Source of the DNA: a bacterium
GTDB taxonomy: Bacteria; Margulisbacteria; Marinamargulisbacteria; SXXA01
Length of the DNA stretch: 64,000 nt
Reading direction: 5' to 3'
Assembly: GCA_010028705.1 (NCBI GenBank)
Contig: RHAI01000001.1
Span: 3,104-67,103 of the forward strand
Positions within the stretch are counted from its first letter, which is position 1; each line of letters begins with the position of its first letter. Below are positions 37,891 through 48,543 of this stretch, piece after piece. The notes below the pieces were generated by a model. It was not told the origin of the DNA. It worked only from the letters and a program-made list of their open reading frames with translations, and did no database searches. The translations under genes were made by a program, and so were the position numbers.

Positions 37891-40185
37891 ATGAATATAT
37901 TTAACGGCGCCAACCCGATGATTACCCAAGTAGCTTACAATACAACATCCCCCCGACGGACGGATAATTCACTCCCCGTATGCCCGATTCCTACCCCAGT
38001 TAGTCGCCATCAAGACCCCATCGCCATGGACTCATGGACACAACTCGAGCAACTTACTCGATCAAATATTCGCTGGTCACTCCCTCCGGATCAATCCGGC
38101 AATACCGCCCGGCCGATTTTTCCAACACTTGCGCCTGATTTAATAAGTCAATTAGTTAACGGCGACACAACAGCTGCCACAATGGCCGCAAAATACGGCC
38201 GATCCGATGATCTCATCAGGCTGTATCACCTCGACCCCAGAGGCTTAAATCAGACTGACAAAAAGGGATTGACTCCCGCCACAATGGCCGCCAAATCGGG
38301 CCAATCAGATGTACTTAAAACAATTCATCTACTTGACCCTAAATTGCTCACCCAATTTGATAATTACGGCCGAACTCCCGCCACAATAGCCGCCATCTCA
38401 GGACAATCAGACGTACTTAAAATGCTCTACTCAATAAATCCGAAACTACTCACCCAATTTGATAAAAACGGTTGGACTCCGGCTACATTAGCCGCCAAAT
38501 TAGGCCAATCGGAAATAGTTCTCACACTTCACCAACTCAATCCCAATTTGCTCAAACAACACAATAAGAATGGAAAAAACGCCGCGACAGAAGCCGCTTA
38601 CGAAGGAAATTTGGATGTCATACAGACGATTTCCAAAATCGACTCAAATTTGTTACGAATCTTTGACAAAAAAGGGCGGACTCCCGCCACAATGGCGGCT
38701 CAAGAAGGTCATCCAGACATCCTAATTGCACTTCATCACCTGGATCCGGATTTACTAAAACAATCGACCCAATTTGGGCATACCCCAGCAACCACGGCTG
38801 CCAGAAAAGGAAAATTAGGCATACTCAATACTCTAAACCAACTCGATAGTCGTCTGTTACATCAATACAACAAGCACGGAGATACGCCAGCAACCACGGC
38901 CGCCGGAGAAGGAAAAGCAAACGTCATCACGACCCTCCACACACTCAATCCCCAATTGATCACCCAATGTAATAAACACGGCTGGACGCCAGCCACCCTT
39001 GCTGCGAAAACAGGAAACGCCAACGTCATTAAAATCATCCACCAACTCAATCCTGAACAATTATCTCAAGTCGACAGTAACGGGCGAAACGCCGCATCAA
39101 CAGCTAGTGAGGCCGTTAGAGATGACGTATTAAATGCACTCCACACACTCAATCCCCAATTGCTCTCACAGTGGGATAATCACGGCGCAACGTCTGCGAC
39201 AAGAGCTGCCGAATTGGGGCGTTCATTCGCAATTATCACCCTGCATAAACTGAATCCAGAATACCTGACCCAATTCGACAAAAATGGCCGAACACCTGCC
39301 ACTGTCGCCGCCAAATCAAAAAAATTAGGCATCATCAAAACTCTCTACCGACTTAACAAAGACTTGCTCAACCAATCGGATGATAGCGGACATAATCCAG
39401 CCACTGTCGCCGCCAAATCAGGCCAATTAGACGTCATCTCCACTATTTACGAGCTCAATCCAGAAGTACTCATACAATCGGATCGTAGCGGCCATACACC
39501 AGCCACTATCGCCGCGACATTAGGCAACTTAGACGTCCTCATCACACTCCACAACCTCGATCCTGCGTTACTCACCCAACTCGACAACAACGGCTGGACT
39601 CCCGCCACGAAAGCCGCGTCCAAAGGCAACTTAGACGTCCTCAAAACTCTGTATCAACTGGATCCCAAACTATTGCTACAACTCTGGCTCCTGATCGGGA
39701 GCATAAGCGTTCTGGGGATCGCCACCCTCGGAGGGATTTGGTATTTATTACCGTTGGAACAACTCCACCCCAATGCACTCGGTCAAGCTATTCTTGAACC
39801 ACCTATCCCCATCATGGCGCCCCAGGTCGCCGAAGTTCCAATGATCGGACTCGAGGTGGTCACCGCCCAACGCAATCAACTGATGGCTCAACTGAGTCAA
39901 CTTGGGGAGAATGATCACCTCGATGTCGGCCATGGGATGGTCGCCCGTCGAGACGGAAGCCTTTATGATCAGAGCGAAAGTAGCATGCTTAATCTCTTAC
40001 AACGACCTGATGCTCGATACCGCGACCCTACTTCATCGACCACGGAATCTCCATCAACGCCTCCATCTTGTGACGTCAGAATATCCGTATCAATGGGCGA
40101 CGTGTGCGCTCTGTCAGGAACCCACGGCACCAGAGACCTGGCTCCATTACTATTGGGCCACTCGGAACATGGCCCCGCCAAGTGA
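37891..40185 (+). CDS. Paralog B of the GWTPAT ankyrin-like repeat membrane protein (~15 repeats); the C-terminal conserved domain is frameshifted
   Basis: A 764 aa ORF with 34-aa repeats (e.g. DKKGLTPATMAAKSGQSDVLKTIHLLDPKLLTQF), a TM helix (LWLLIGSISVLGIATLGGIWYLL) and then HGMVARRDGSLY. After that the annotated frame encodes a non-conserved tail. The conserved C-terminus CALCQEPTAPETWLHYYWATR is encoded in another frame (39902-40192). Confidence 0.55.
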   Translation: MNIFNGANPMITQVAYNTTSPRRTDNSLPVCPIPTPVSRHQDPIAMDSWTQLEQLTRSNIRWSLPPDQSGNTARPIFPTLAPDLISQLVNGDTTAATMAAKYGRSDDLIRLYHLDPRGLNQTDKKGLTPATMAAKSGQSDVLKTIHLLDPKLLTQFDNYGRTPATIAAISGQSDVLKMLYSINPKLLTQFDKNGWTPATLAAKLGQSEIVLTLHQLNPNLLKQHNKNGKNAATEAAYEGNLDVIQTISKIDSNLLRIFDKKGRTPATMAAQEGHPDILIALHHLDPDLLKQSTQFGHTPATTAARKGKLGILNTLNQLDSRLLHQYNKHGDTPATTAAGEGKANVITTLHTLNPQLITQCNKHGWTPATLAAKTGNANVIKIIHQLNPEQLSQVDSNGRNAASTASEAVRDDVLNALHTLNPQLLSQWDNHGATSATRAAELGRSFAIITLHKLNPEYLTQFDKNGRTPATVAAKSKKLGIIKTLYRLNKDLLNQSDDSGHNPATVAAKSGQLDVISTIYELNPEVLIQSDRSGHTPATIAATLGNLDVLITLHNLDPALLTQLDNNGWTPATKAASKGNLDVLKTLYQLDPKLLLQLWLLIGSISVLGIATLGGIWYLLPLEQLHPNALGQAILEPPIPIMAPQVAEVPMIGLEVVTAQRNQLMAQLSQLGENDHLDVGHGMVARRDGSLYDQSESSMLNLLQRPDARYRDPTSSTTESPSTPPSCDVRISVSMGDVCALSGTHGTRDLAPLLLGHSEHGPAK
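38180..39660 (+). repeat. In-frame tandem ~102-bp repeats encoding the ankyrin-like modules of paralog B
   Basis: Adjacent units are near-identical, e.g. ...caatcagatgtacttaaaacaattcat... / ...caatcagacgtacttaaaatgctctac..., and ctcacccaatttgataa recurs. Boundaries are approximate. Confidence 0.6.
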
Positions 40186-40192
40186 AACTTAA
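39902..40192 (+). pseudogene. Out-of-frame segment encoding the conserved C-terminal domain of paralog B (frameshift relative to 37891-40185)
   Basis: The 96-aa frame-2 ORF (...VACLISYNDLMLDTATLLHRPRNLHQRLHLVTSEYPYQWATCALCQEPTAPETWLHYYWATR...) aligns residue-for-residue with the C-terminus of the 32368 protein. A DNA alignment shows that paralog B has 20 nt fewer than paralog A just after ggaagcctttatga (~39970-39985). Confidence 0.6.
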
Positions 40193-40436
40193 ACTAGAAC
40201 GGGTCATCACGACGCCCCCCACCCGTGTGGGACAAAGGCTCACGTACCGTCACGACGTCGGCATCAGTTTCCCTTAACCTATGATTTACTGCTAAAATCC
40301 CTCCACTTTTGAAAATTAAGCCATCTCATCCTGATCGACCAGCTGATTCGGAACCACCACCGATTCCAGGTCAGCGACTCAGTCCATCCCATAGTCCTAC
40401 ACTCTTTATCCATCGAAAGGACCCCGCCCAGACCCT

Positions 40437-41753
40437 ATGATCGCATCTCTAGTTCATATTGATTCTCTGTCGATCGTCATCATGATTCTGGTGGGATTTA
40501 TCGGATCCATTGTCCTGGCGTTCGCCACACGTTACCTAAGATACGACCGGCATTACGCCCGATTTCTAGCGTCACTGAGCGGTCTACTGGTGTCTGTTAT
40601 CATCTTAAGCGTTTCCGATCATGTTGTGCTTTTTGGCATAACGTGGACACTGGTTAATGGAATACTGATTCGGCTAATGACCCATTTTCGCCAGTGGCCA
40701 CAGGCCATCGAATCGGGACGCCAGGCCGTTTATCGCTTGGGAATAGGCACGGCGGCACTATATTTGGGGCTCATCCTAGTGACACACTCGGCACACAGCG
40801 TTCGAATTTCGACCATCATCCACACGGTGCCGGTCACCCCAATGTCGACCATTGGGATCGGATGTATTGTCATTGCTGCATTGGCACAATCCGCTATTAT
40901 TCCGTTTCATAAATGGCTACTGAGCTCCCTTAATTCCCCAACCCCCGTTTCGGCACTCATGCACGCCGGAATCATTAACGGCGGGGGGGTTCTACTGACA
41001 CGATTTGGGCCGTTGGTCATTCAACATCCCACGATTCTTCATTTTTTGGTCATCATCGGGCTACTGACCGCCGCGTTTGGAACGGCATTTAAATTAGTGC
41101 AATCGGACATCAAGCGCATGTTAGCGTGTTCCACGATGGGGCAAATGGGGTTCATGATACTCCAATGTGGACTGGGATTATTTCCCGCTGCTATTTCGCA
41201 CATGGTGTGGCACGGCATGTTTAAAGCCTATTTTTTCCTGGATTCTCCGAGCGCCGCGCAGTACCCCAAACTTAGCAAGCCCGAAACCCCGCATCCGTTG
41301 TCAGCCATCGCGTCAATTGTGGGTGGTATGGCGGCGGCATCCATTGCCATGATGATACTCCATATTTCAGTGGCCCCGATCAATTCTTCGGTGGTCATCC
41401 CCATTGTTATCGGAATCGCAGGCACCCAAGGAATGATGACATTTATTCAACGAAACGGTGTATCTCTGGCCCCGATTGGGTTCGGACTAGCAGTGGTGAT
41501 GGGCGCCATGTACGGATTCAGTGTCCGGATCGTCGAAACGACGCTAAGCCCCCTTCACCTGTTGGCACCCCAACCCTTTCATTGGGTTCATGGCATGGCC
41601 GCCAGCGTATTAATTGGATTATGGGCAAGTATCGCCTTGAGCCCATTGATTACGAAACGAAAATTACCCGGGCTATACGTTTGGATACTGAACCTCAGTC
41701 AGCCTCACCCCGCCACGATTACCTCCGACAGAAACATGTACCGCTATGATTAA
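40437..41753 (+). CDS. dabB: Proton-conducting membrane transporter subunit (NuoL/MrpA-like); DabB-like partner of a DUF2309 protein
   Basis: A 438 aa polytopic membrane protein with ~12 hydrophobic helices and a NuoL-family-like core (HAGIINGGGVLLTRFGPL; MGQMGFMILQCGLG). It lies immediately upstream of a DUF2309-type gene and overlaps it by 8 nt. Confidence 0.6.
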   Translation: MIASLVHIDSLSIVIMILVGFIGSIVLAFATRYLRYDRHYARFLASLSGLLVSVIILSVSDHVVLFGITWTLVNGILIRLMTHFRQWPQAIESGRQAVYRLGIGTAALYLGLILVTHSAHSVRISTIIHTVPVTPMSTIGIGCIVIAALAQSAIIPFHKWLLSSLNSPTPVSALMHAGIINGGGVLLTRFGPLVIQHPTILHFLVIIGLLTAAFGTAFKLVQSDIKRMLACSTMGQMGFMILQCGLGLFPAAISHMVWHGMFKAYFFLDSPSAAQYPKLSKPETPHPLSAIASIVGGMAAASIAMMILHISVAPINSSVVIPIVIGIAGTQGMMTFIQRNGVSLAPIGFGLAVVMGAMYGFSVRIVETTLSPLHLLAPQPFHWVHGMAASVLIGLWASIALSPLITKRKLPGLYVWILNLSQPHPATITSDRNMYRYD

Positions 41754-43932
41754 CTCCTCGGCCACTATTCGTGATATCATCGAGGCCGCTTGGCGGCCCA
41801 TCTCACCGTTTTGGCCACTGCAATCGATTGTATCGGTCAACCCACTTCAGGGTTTGGAATATTTGCCATTTGATCAGGCCATCGTTCACGCCCAGCATTT
41901 ATGGGGAAGGACCCCATTACCTGACACGATCTCCACTGCGAATCGGATCTCGATAAAATGGTGTCAATCGCTCATGGATTTGGGCCAGGCTCGAATTGGA
42001 ATTGTATCCAAACGGCGCACACTATTTGACACCTGGAAATCACTGGCCGTATGGGATACGGAACTCACCCGACCATGCCCCACATTACGATCATGGTTAG
42101 ACAAAGATCCCGTTGATTTGATCGCGCATCACATCAATGAACTGGGGATAACCCTCGATCAGGGAGCCGAGTTACTGACACTCACGCTCACATCGCTACC
42201 GGGATGGGCATCGCATGTTCGGTATCTCGACCAATGGGCATCGGGTCACCCGACGGATATCCAAACCGATTTCCTCGCAATTCGGTTAAGTATTATTCGG
42301 GCCGTTGGTCAGGACTCCGAAATCGTGCGGTGGGTCACCACGCCGCCAGTGCCGAATCCCGATTTTATAAATTATCAGGCCATCCGCGACGCCGAATCTG
42401 ACTATATTCCATCGCTAATCCAACGCCTGGAATCGGCGATAAACCACCCATCGCCCAGTGAATCACCCGACCTACAAATGGCATTCTGTATTGATGTTCG
42501 CTCAGAACCTATTCGCCGAGCGATCGAGTCAGCGGGGCCGTATCAGACGTTTGGGATCGCCGGTTTTTTTAATATTCCGATTCAAATTTCCGACCATTTG
42601 TCACTCGAGACCCACCCGTCATGCCCAGTCATAATGCGCCCGGAATATCGCATCCACGATCGACGCCCCGCATCAACCTGGCTGGCCCATAGTTTAAAAT
42701 CATGGCATATGATTCAACGCGGAATTCGGTATTTGTATCGAACACTCAAATATACATTTTCCGCTCCCTTTGCATTAGTCGAAATAGTCGGTGGAAGTTT
42801 AGGGATCGCTATGGCGATACGAACATTATTTCCCGCCGTGGCCCACATGGCGACCCCTCAAAAAATACACGCTACCCCCCGATTGCCATCAGTATTGGAT
42901 GCATTAACAGCGATTCCGTTAGAGGATCAAATTCGCTACACCGAAGGTGCGTTGAGGACGATGGGATTAACGGACAACTTTGCCCCAATCATACTTATTT
43001 GCGGCCATGGCAGTTCGACTCAGAACAATGCCTTCGCCACAGCCCTCGATTGTGGCGCATGTGGCGGGCAACCCGGCGACCGAAATGCCCGTGTTCTTGC
43101 ACAACTCCTCAATTCCCCCGATGTACGACAGGCGCTTCATTCACGGGATATCTCGATCCCTGACAGCACATTATTTATGGCGGCACTGCACAACACAACA
43201 ACTGATCACATCTCATTATTCGACGACAGCCTCCTACCTCCAAACGGAATCCAGCAGGCTATTCTTGAACGATTTAAGTCCCATTTACCCGCCATACAAT
43301 CCATATGCGCCCATCGACGACTGACTCAACTGGGGCACCCCACCGACGTCCGCCTTGCAACACGTTTGGCGATTAAACTCAGTGTGGACTGGGCGCAAAT
43401 CAGACCGGAATGGGGGTTATCCGGAAATGCCTCTATTATTGTCGGCGATCGTGAGCTCACGCGAGATCTCGACCTTGGCGGCCGGTCATTTTTGCAGTCC
43501 TACAATTGGCACTCTGACCTCGATGGCCGCATATTAGTGAGCCTTCTGGATTCGGCTGTTGTTGTCGCCCACTGGATCAACAGTCAGTACCTTTTTTCAA
43601 CCATCAATCCAACCGCCTTTGGAAGTGGGAGTAAAGTGACCCACAACATCACAGGAAAACACAGCGTCATGCAAGGCAACGCCAGTGACATTATGACTGG
43701 ATTGCCAATGCAATCGTTATATCGGCGACCGGGAGAACCGTACCATGCGCCCGTCCGACTAACGATCGGAATTATGGCGCCCATCGATCGAGTCATCGGG
43801 TCGATAAAACAATCCCCGACGCCGCTTCAATTGATTATTAATCAATGGGCCCATTTGGTGGTGATTGATCCGATCACCCGGCGAGTCAGTCGGATTACCC
43901 ACACCGAACTATTGGCGCACTGTTCCGCCTAG
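41746..43932 (+). CDS. dabA: DUF2309-family protein, DabA-like (putative inorganic-carbon accumulation complex subunit)
   Basis: A 728 aa ORF with the motif FCIDVRSEP. A His and a Cys lie 15 residues apart (ICGHGSSTQNNAFATALDCGACGG). This matches the Cys-x-Asp ... His ... Cys beta-carbonic-anhydrase-like site described for DabA. Confidence 0.65.
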   Translation: MINSSATIRDIIEAAWRPISPFWPLQSIVSVNPLQGLEYLPFDQAIVHAQHLWGRTPLPDTISTANRISIKWCQSLMDLGQARIGIVSKRRTLFDTWKSLAVWDTELTRPCPTLRSWLDKDPVDLIAHHINELGITLDQGAELLTLTLTSLPGWASHVRYLDQWASGHPTDIQTDFLAIRLSIIRAVGQDSEIVRWVTTPPVPNPDFINYQAIRDAESDYIPSLIQRLESAINHPSPSESPDLQMAFCIDVRSEPIRRAIESAGPYQTFGIAGFFNIPIQISDHLSLETHPSCPVIMRPEYRIHDRRPASTWLAHSLKSWHMIQRGIRYLYRTLKYTFSAPFALVEIVGGSLGIAMAIRTLFPAVAHMATPQKIHATPRLPSVLDALTAIPLEDQIRYTEGALRTMGLTDNFAPIILICGHGSSTQNNAFATALDCGACGGQPGDRNARVLAQLLNSPDVRQALHSRDISIPDSTLFMAALHNTTTDHISLFDDSLLPPNGIQQAILERFKSHLPAIQSICAHRRLTQLGHPTDVRLATRLAIKLSVDWAQIRPEWGLSGNASIIVGDRELTRDLDLGGRSFLQSYNWHSDLDGRILVSLLDSAVVVAHWINSQYLFSTINPTAFGSGSKVTHNITGKHSVMQGNASDIMTGLPMQSLYRRPGEPYHAPVRLTIGIMAPIDRVIGSIKQSPTPLQLIINQWAHLVVIDPITRRVSRITHTELLAHCSA

Positions 43933-44436
43933 AGACGGAGCGACGGATACGCGAATATTTTCGGCCAATTGGGTGAGCGCCGTGATATCGCCCATTGGTC
44001 CACTCCCCGAACAAATCCACCCCTCGTATCGTTCAAACCAAAACTGTTTGCCACTGAGTTGCTGGCGCCAACTGCCATTTTCTAAATGTTCAGTCCCATG
44101 CATGGGCACCAATTTAATGTGAGCGTGATCAACCCCGGTACCCTCCATAATCAATCCAACGCGGCCCACGTCGTCAAAATAATTTTCAAGAATACCCGCG
44201 ACCGTTTTCGAGGCCAAAATAAACCGTTGGAGCACCTCATCGGGCATCTTCAACACATCGCTACCAAAATGGATTTTGGGGACAACACACGAAAATCCTT
44301 CGGTATTCGGATCGATTGCCAACCACGCCATAAAGTCGTCGTCACTCCAAAAAATTCCTGGAGTGTTTATTTTCCCAGAAATAATGTCACAAAAAATGCA
44401 TCGATTATCAGCGGTGTGCGACGGGTAATTAGCCAT
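43909..44436 (-). CDS. HIT-family (histidine triad) nucleotide hydrolase/transferase
   Basis: Start set at MANYPSHT. The longer ORF to 44532 would run through tRNA-Tyr. The protein has a Cys-rich N-terminus (CIFCDII) and the histidine triad DHAHIKLVPMH. Confidence 0.75.
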   Translation of the reverse strand: MANYPSHTADNRCIFCDIISGKINTPGIFWSDDDFMAWLAIDPNTEGFSCVVPKIHFGSDVLKMPDEVLQRFILASKTVAGILENYFDDVGRVGLIMEGTGVDHAHIKLVPMHGTEHLENGSWRQQLSGKQFWFERYEGWICSGSGPMGDITALTQLAENIRVSVAPSLGGTVRQ

Positions 44437-44446
44437 AAATAGTTGG

Positions 44447-44530
44447 TGGAGGGAGCTGGATTTGAACCAACGTAGAGCTAAGCTCGGCAGATTTACAGTC
44501 TGCTGCGATTGACCACTCCGCCATCCCTCC
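44447..44530 (-). tRNA. tRNA-Tyr (anticodon GTA), long variable arm
   Basis: The reverse complement reads GGAGGGATGGCGGAGTGGTCAATCGCAGCAGACTGTAAATCTGCCGAGCTTAGCTCTACGTTGGTTCAAATCCAGCTCCCTCCA. The anticodon loop is CTGTAAA and the T-arm is GGTTCAAATCC. Confidence 0.85.
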
Positions 44531-44621
44531 AAAGGAAAGCTTTGAAAAAGCAGAGTATTCTAGGATATAGCTTGCGAGAAACCTATGTCAAATCAAGCCC
44601 ATTCACGCAAAGCGAATTGGG

Positions 44622-45470
44622 ATGGTAATATCTGATCCAATGAAAATTCGTCTTTCAAAACGAGGGGTGTGGCTACTAGCGCTTGTCATTATTGCGTGCA
44701 TCATGGGCCCATTACGAGGCGTAATCTCAAATACCCCTGGGGTAGGGGTCCCCTTCTTGTACATCTACTACTGGACTGACAATCTAAAATTTTGGGGAAC
44801 AAAATCGTTGTCACCATCGCTTCGTGGGCTTGAAATACCGACCGTGGCAGGGCGTCCGATTGGGACCGATCCAGTGGGATCTCATTTTCGCTCACCCAAT
44901 AGCTCCTTTGTTCTGACCTCCAATCCTACCCCAATTTACACCCGCCCCAGCCAATCCAGTCGACGAATTCGAATGATACAGCCCGGCTATCGTGTGCGAG
45001 TGGTTTATCAAAAAGATGATGTATCTGTTTCAGACTCGAATGGTCGTGGATTATGGGTTTTTCTGACCATGGAAGATGGCAAACGTCCCATCGGATGGGC
45101 GATCAATACGACACTAGGGTATCAGGATAAATTTGCACCGCCCGCGCACTGGAACATCCCTTATTTTTCTCTGTGTATCGGTGAATATTGCGCCAGCTTC
45201 AAAGTCAAACCCAGCGGTCGATTTTATGAGACCTGGGATTCGATTGGTAAAGGAATAGAGATGAGAGGGAAAAATACCGGTCAGATTTTCGAATACCAGT
45301 CGTTAATATGGGCGAAACAAGACGATCCCGAGGATTATGATGAGCTCATTATTAAAGACAAGGCGAAAGGAATTCGCCATGAAGATAAGTACCGTGATGA
45401 ACCAATCAAGGTGACTCGGTCATATATAAAATCCATTCGATCGTCTCGCGACTACGTATTAAAAAATTAA
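44622..45470 (+). CDS. Hypothetical membrane-anchored protein (N-terminal TM; SH3-like middle region)
   Basis: A 282 aa ORF with an N-terminal hydrophobic helix (VWLLALVIIACIMGPL). No recognised catalytic motif was found. The call is tentative. Confidence 0.35.
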   Translation: MVISDPMKIRLSKRGVWLLALVIIACIMGPLRGVISNTPGVGVPFLYIYYWTDNLKFWGTKSLSPSLRGLEIPTVAGRPIGTDPVGSHFRSPNSSFVLTSNPTPIYTRPSQSSRRIRMIQPGYRVRVVYQKDDVSVSDSNGRGLWVFLTMEDGKRPIGWAINTTLGYQDKFAPPAHWNIPYFSLCIGEYCASFKVKPSGRFYETWDSIGKGIEMRGKNTGQIFEYQSLIWAKQDDPEDYDELIIKDKAKGIRHEDKYRDEPIKVTRSYIKSIRSSRDYVLKN

Positions 45471-47067
<1,597 letters not shown>

Positions 47068-47078
47068 TATTCACCACT

Positions 47079-47474
47079 ATGGATGATCAAAAAATAGGTT
47101 CGGTTGTTGAAGGGGAAGTCACACATATCACCACGTTTGGGGCCTTCGTCAAACTTGAGGATGGAGAAGAAGGGCTCGTTCATATTTCAGAAATTGCCAA
47201 CGAATATGTCACTGACATATCAAATTTTGTAAATGTTGGGGATAAAGTGTCCGTTAAGGTCATGGCCAGAAATCAAAAAAATAAGCTTGAGCTTTCGATG
47301 AAACGTTCGAAGCCTGATTTTGAAGAAGAAGCCGGCTTGTTTATGGCTAAAAAAACAAAAAATGCGGCGTTCGAAGATCGAATCACATCGTTTTTAAAGC
47401 GATCAGAAGAGAAGCAAATTGATATTCGACGCAATCTCAAGAGTAAACAAGGTATTACAAAAAAACGTCGATAA
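47079..47474 (+). CDS. S1 RNA-binding domain protein (YabR/GSP13-like)
   Basis: Start chosen at MDDQKIG. The S1 fold reads GSVVEGEVTHITTFGAFVKLEDGEEGLVHISEIANEYVTDISNFVNVGDKVSVKVMA, followed by a basic tail. Confidence 0.7.
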   Translation: MDDQKIGSVVEGEVTHITTFGAFVKLEDGEEGLVHISEIANEYVTDISNFVNVGDKVSVKVMARNQKNKLELSMKRSKPDFEEEAGLFMAKKTKNAAFEDRITSFLKRSEEKQIDIRRNLKSKQGITKKRR

Positions 47475-48543
47475 GCGACGTTTTTTACTGTTGATCTCAG
47501 TATGGTGTCTGACATTAGCCACACCTGTAGTCGCGGATTTATCCGAGGTACTGTTTACAACGCCAATTGTTTCTGGCAAATTCTACGACACGTCATTTAT
47601 CGGGATAACATCCCAAAATACCCTCACAAAGTATTCCATTACGGGACAAAAATTCTGGACAGTATCCATCGAACATCCCCCGCTCCAGCAATTGGATATC
47701 CTATTTAACCGAGTGATCATGATCGATGGCCAAGGATCGATCGAATGCCGTGATGGAAACTTTGGAATCCGACTTTGGGGAATATCGTCCGAAAAATATC
47801 GCCGATTATTTCTTCAGTATCCGATATTTTTTGCGCTGCGCGACAATGGTGCTATCGATGCGTTTGATTTCTCGAGCGGGTGTCTCTTATACGGGGTCCG
47901 GTACCCGGAGTCGTGCCGCATTTTTGATAAAATTCCAAATGGGGGCGGACTCTTTGCTCAAAACGGCACGAATGTCAGCTATATTTCTCCGGACTTGTCG
48001 GATGAAACAATCATCACTCATGAGATGAGGCCCACCGGGGAGGAGCTGGATATCACGCGTGATCGGTTGGCATATCTAGACAACACTACGATTCGTGTGT
48101 CTTCAGGGGATTCAACGATTGACACGTACGTTTTAGGCTCATCGCCCAGTCAAATACTCATTCCTAAGAACCGATTTGTGAGTATAAACTACTCCGAATC
48201 AGACCAAAATCAATGGATAATTCACTACCCATTGCTAGTCGAAATCAACCTTCCATATGGCCTGATTCGTGCTTTTAACGTCACAACGGATGACACATAT
48301 CTGGAATGGAAAGAGTTGGACCCCGACAAAAAATGGAATTCCGTTTGGTGGCAAAACGGATTAGTGGGACTCGTGAACTCTGATAACGTACTCACGATTT
48401 GGGACTACGACACCAACCGAATTCTAGGCTCTGTCCCGTGGGACGCCAAAAAAGGACACCCCATTGCGATCAATTACACACGCGATATTATTTCGATCGC
48501 CACATCAGAAAAAATGTACGTTGCGGCAGTGAGACGAAATTGA
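47419..48543 (+). CDS. Hypothetical secreted protein (possibly beta-propeller-like)
   Basis: A 374 aa ORF with a signal-like N-terminus (RRFLLLISVWCLTLATPVVA). No recognised motif was found. Confidence 0.35.
   Translation: MIFDAISRVNKVLQKNVDKRRFLLLISVWCLTLATPVVADLSEVLFTTPIVSGKFYDTSFIGITSQNTLTKYSITGQKFWTVSIEHPPLQQLDILFNRVIMIDGQGSIECRDGNFGIRLWGISSEKYRRLFLQYPIFFALRDNGAIDAFDFSSGCLLYGVRYPESCRIFDKIPNGGGLFAQNGTNVSYISPDLSDETIITHEMRPTGEELDITRDRLAYLDNTTIRVSSGDSTIDTYVLGSSPSQILIPKNRFVSINYSESDQNQWIIHYPLLVEINLPYGLIRAFNVTTDDTYLEWKELDPDKKWNSVWWQNGLVGLVNSDNVLTIWDYDTNRILGSVPWDAKKGHPIAINYTRDIISIATSEKMYVAAVRRN

Noticed and set aside
32650-39660. Possibility that the regular ~102-bp repeats are a CRISPR array
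   Set aside because: The units are contiguous with no spacers, lie in frame inside long ORFs, and encode a coherent ankyrin-like protein repeat. There are no cas genes or a leader. They are protein-coding tandem repeats.
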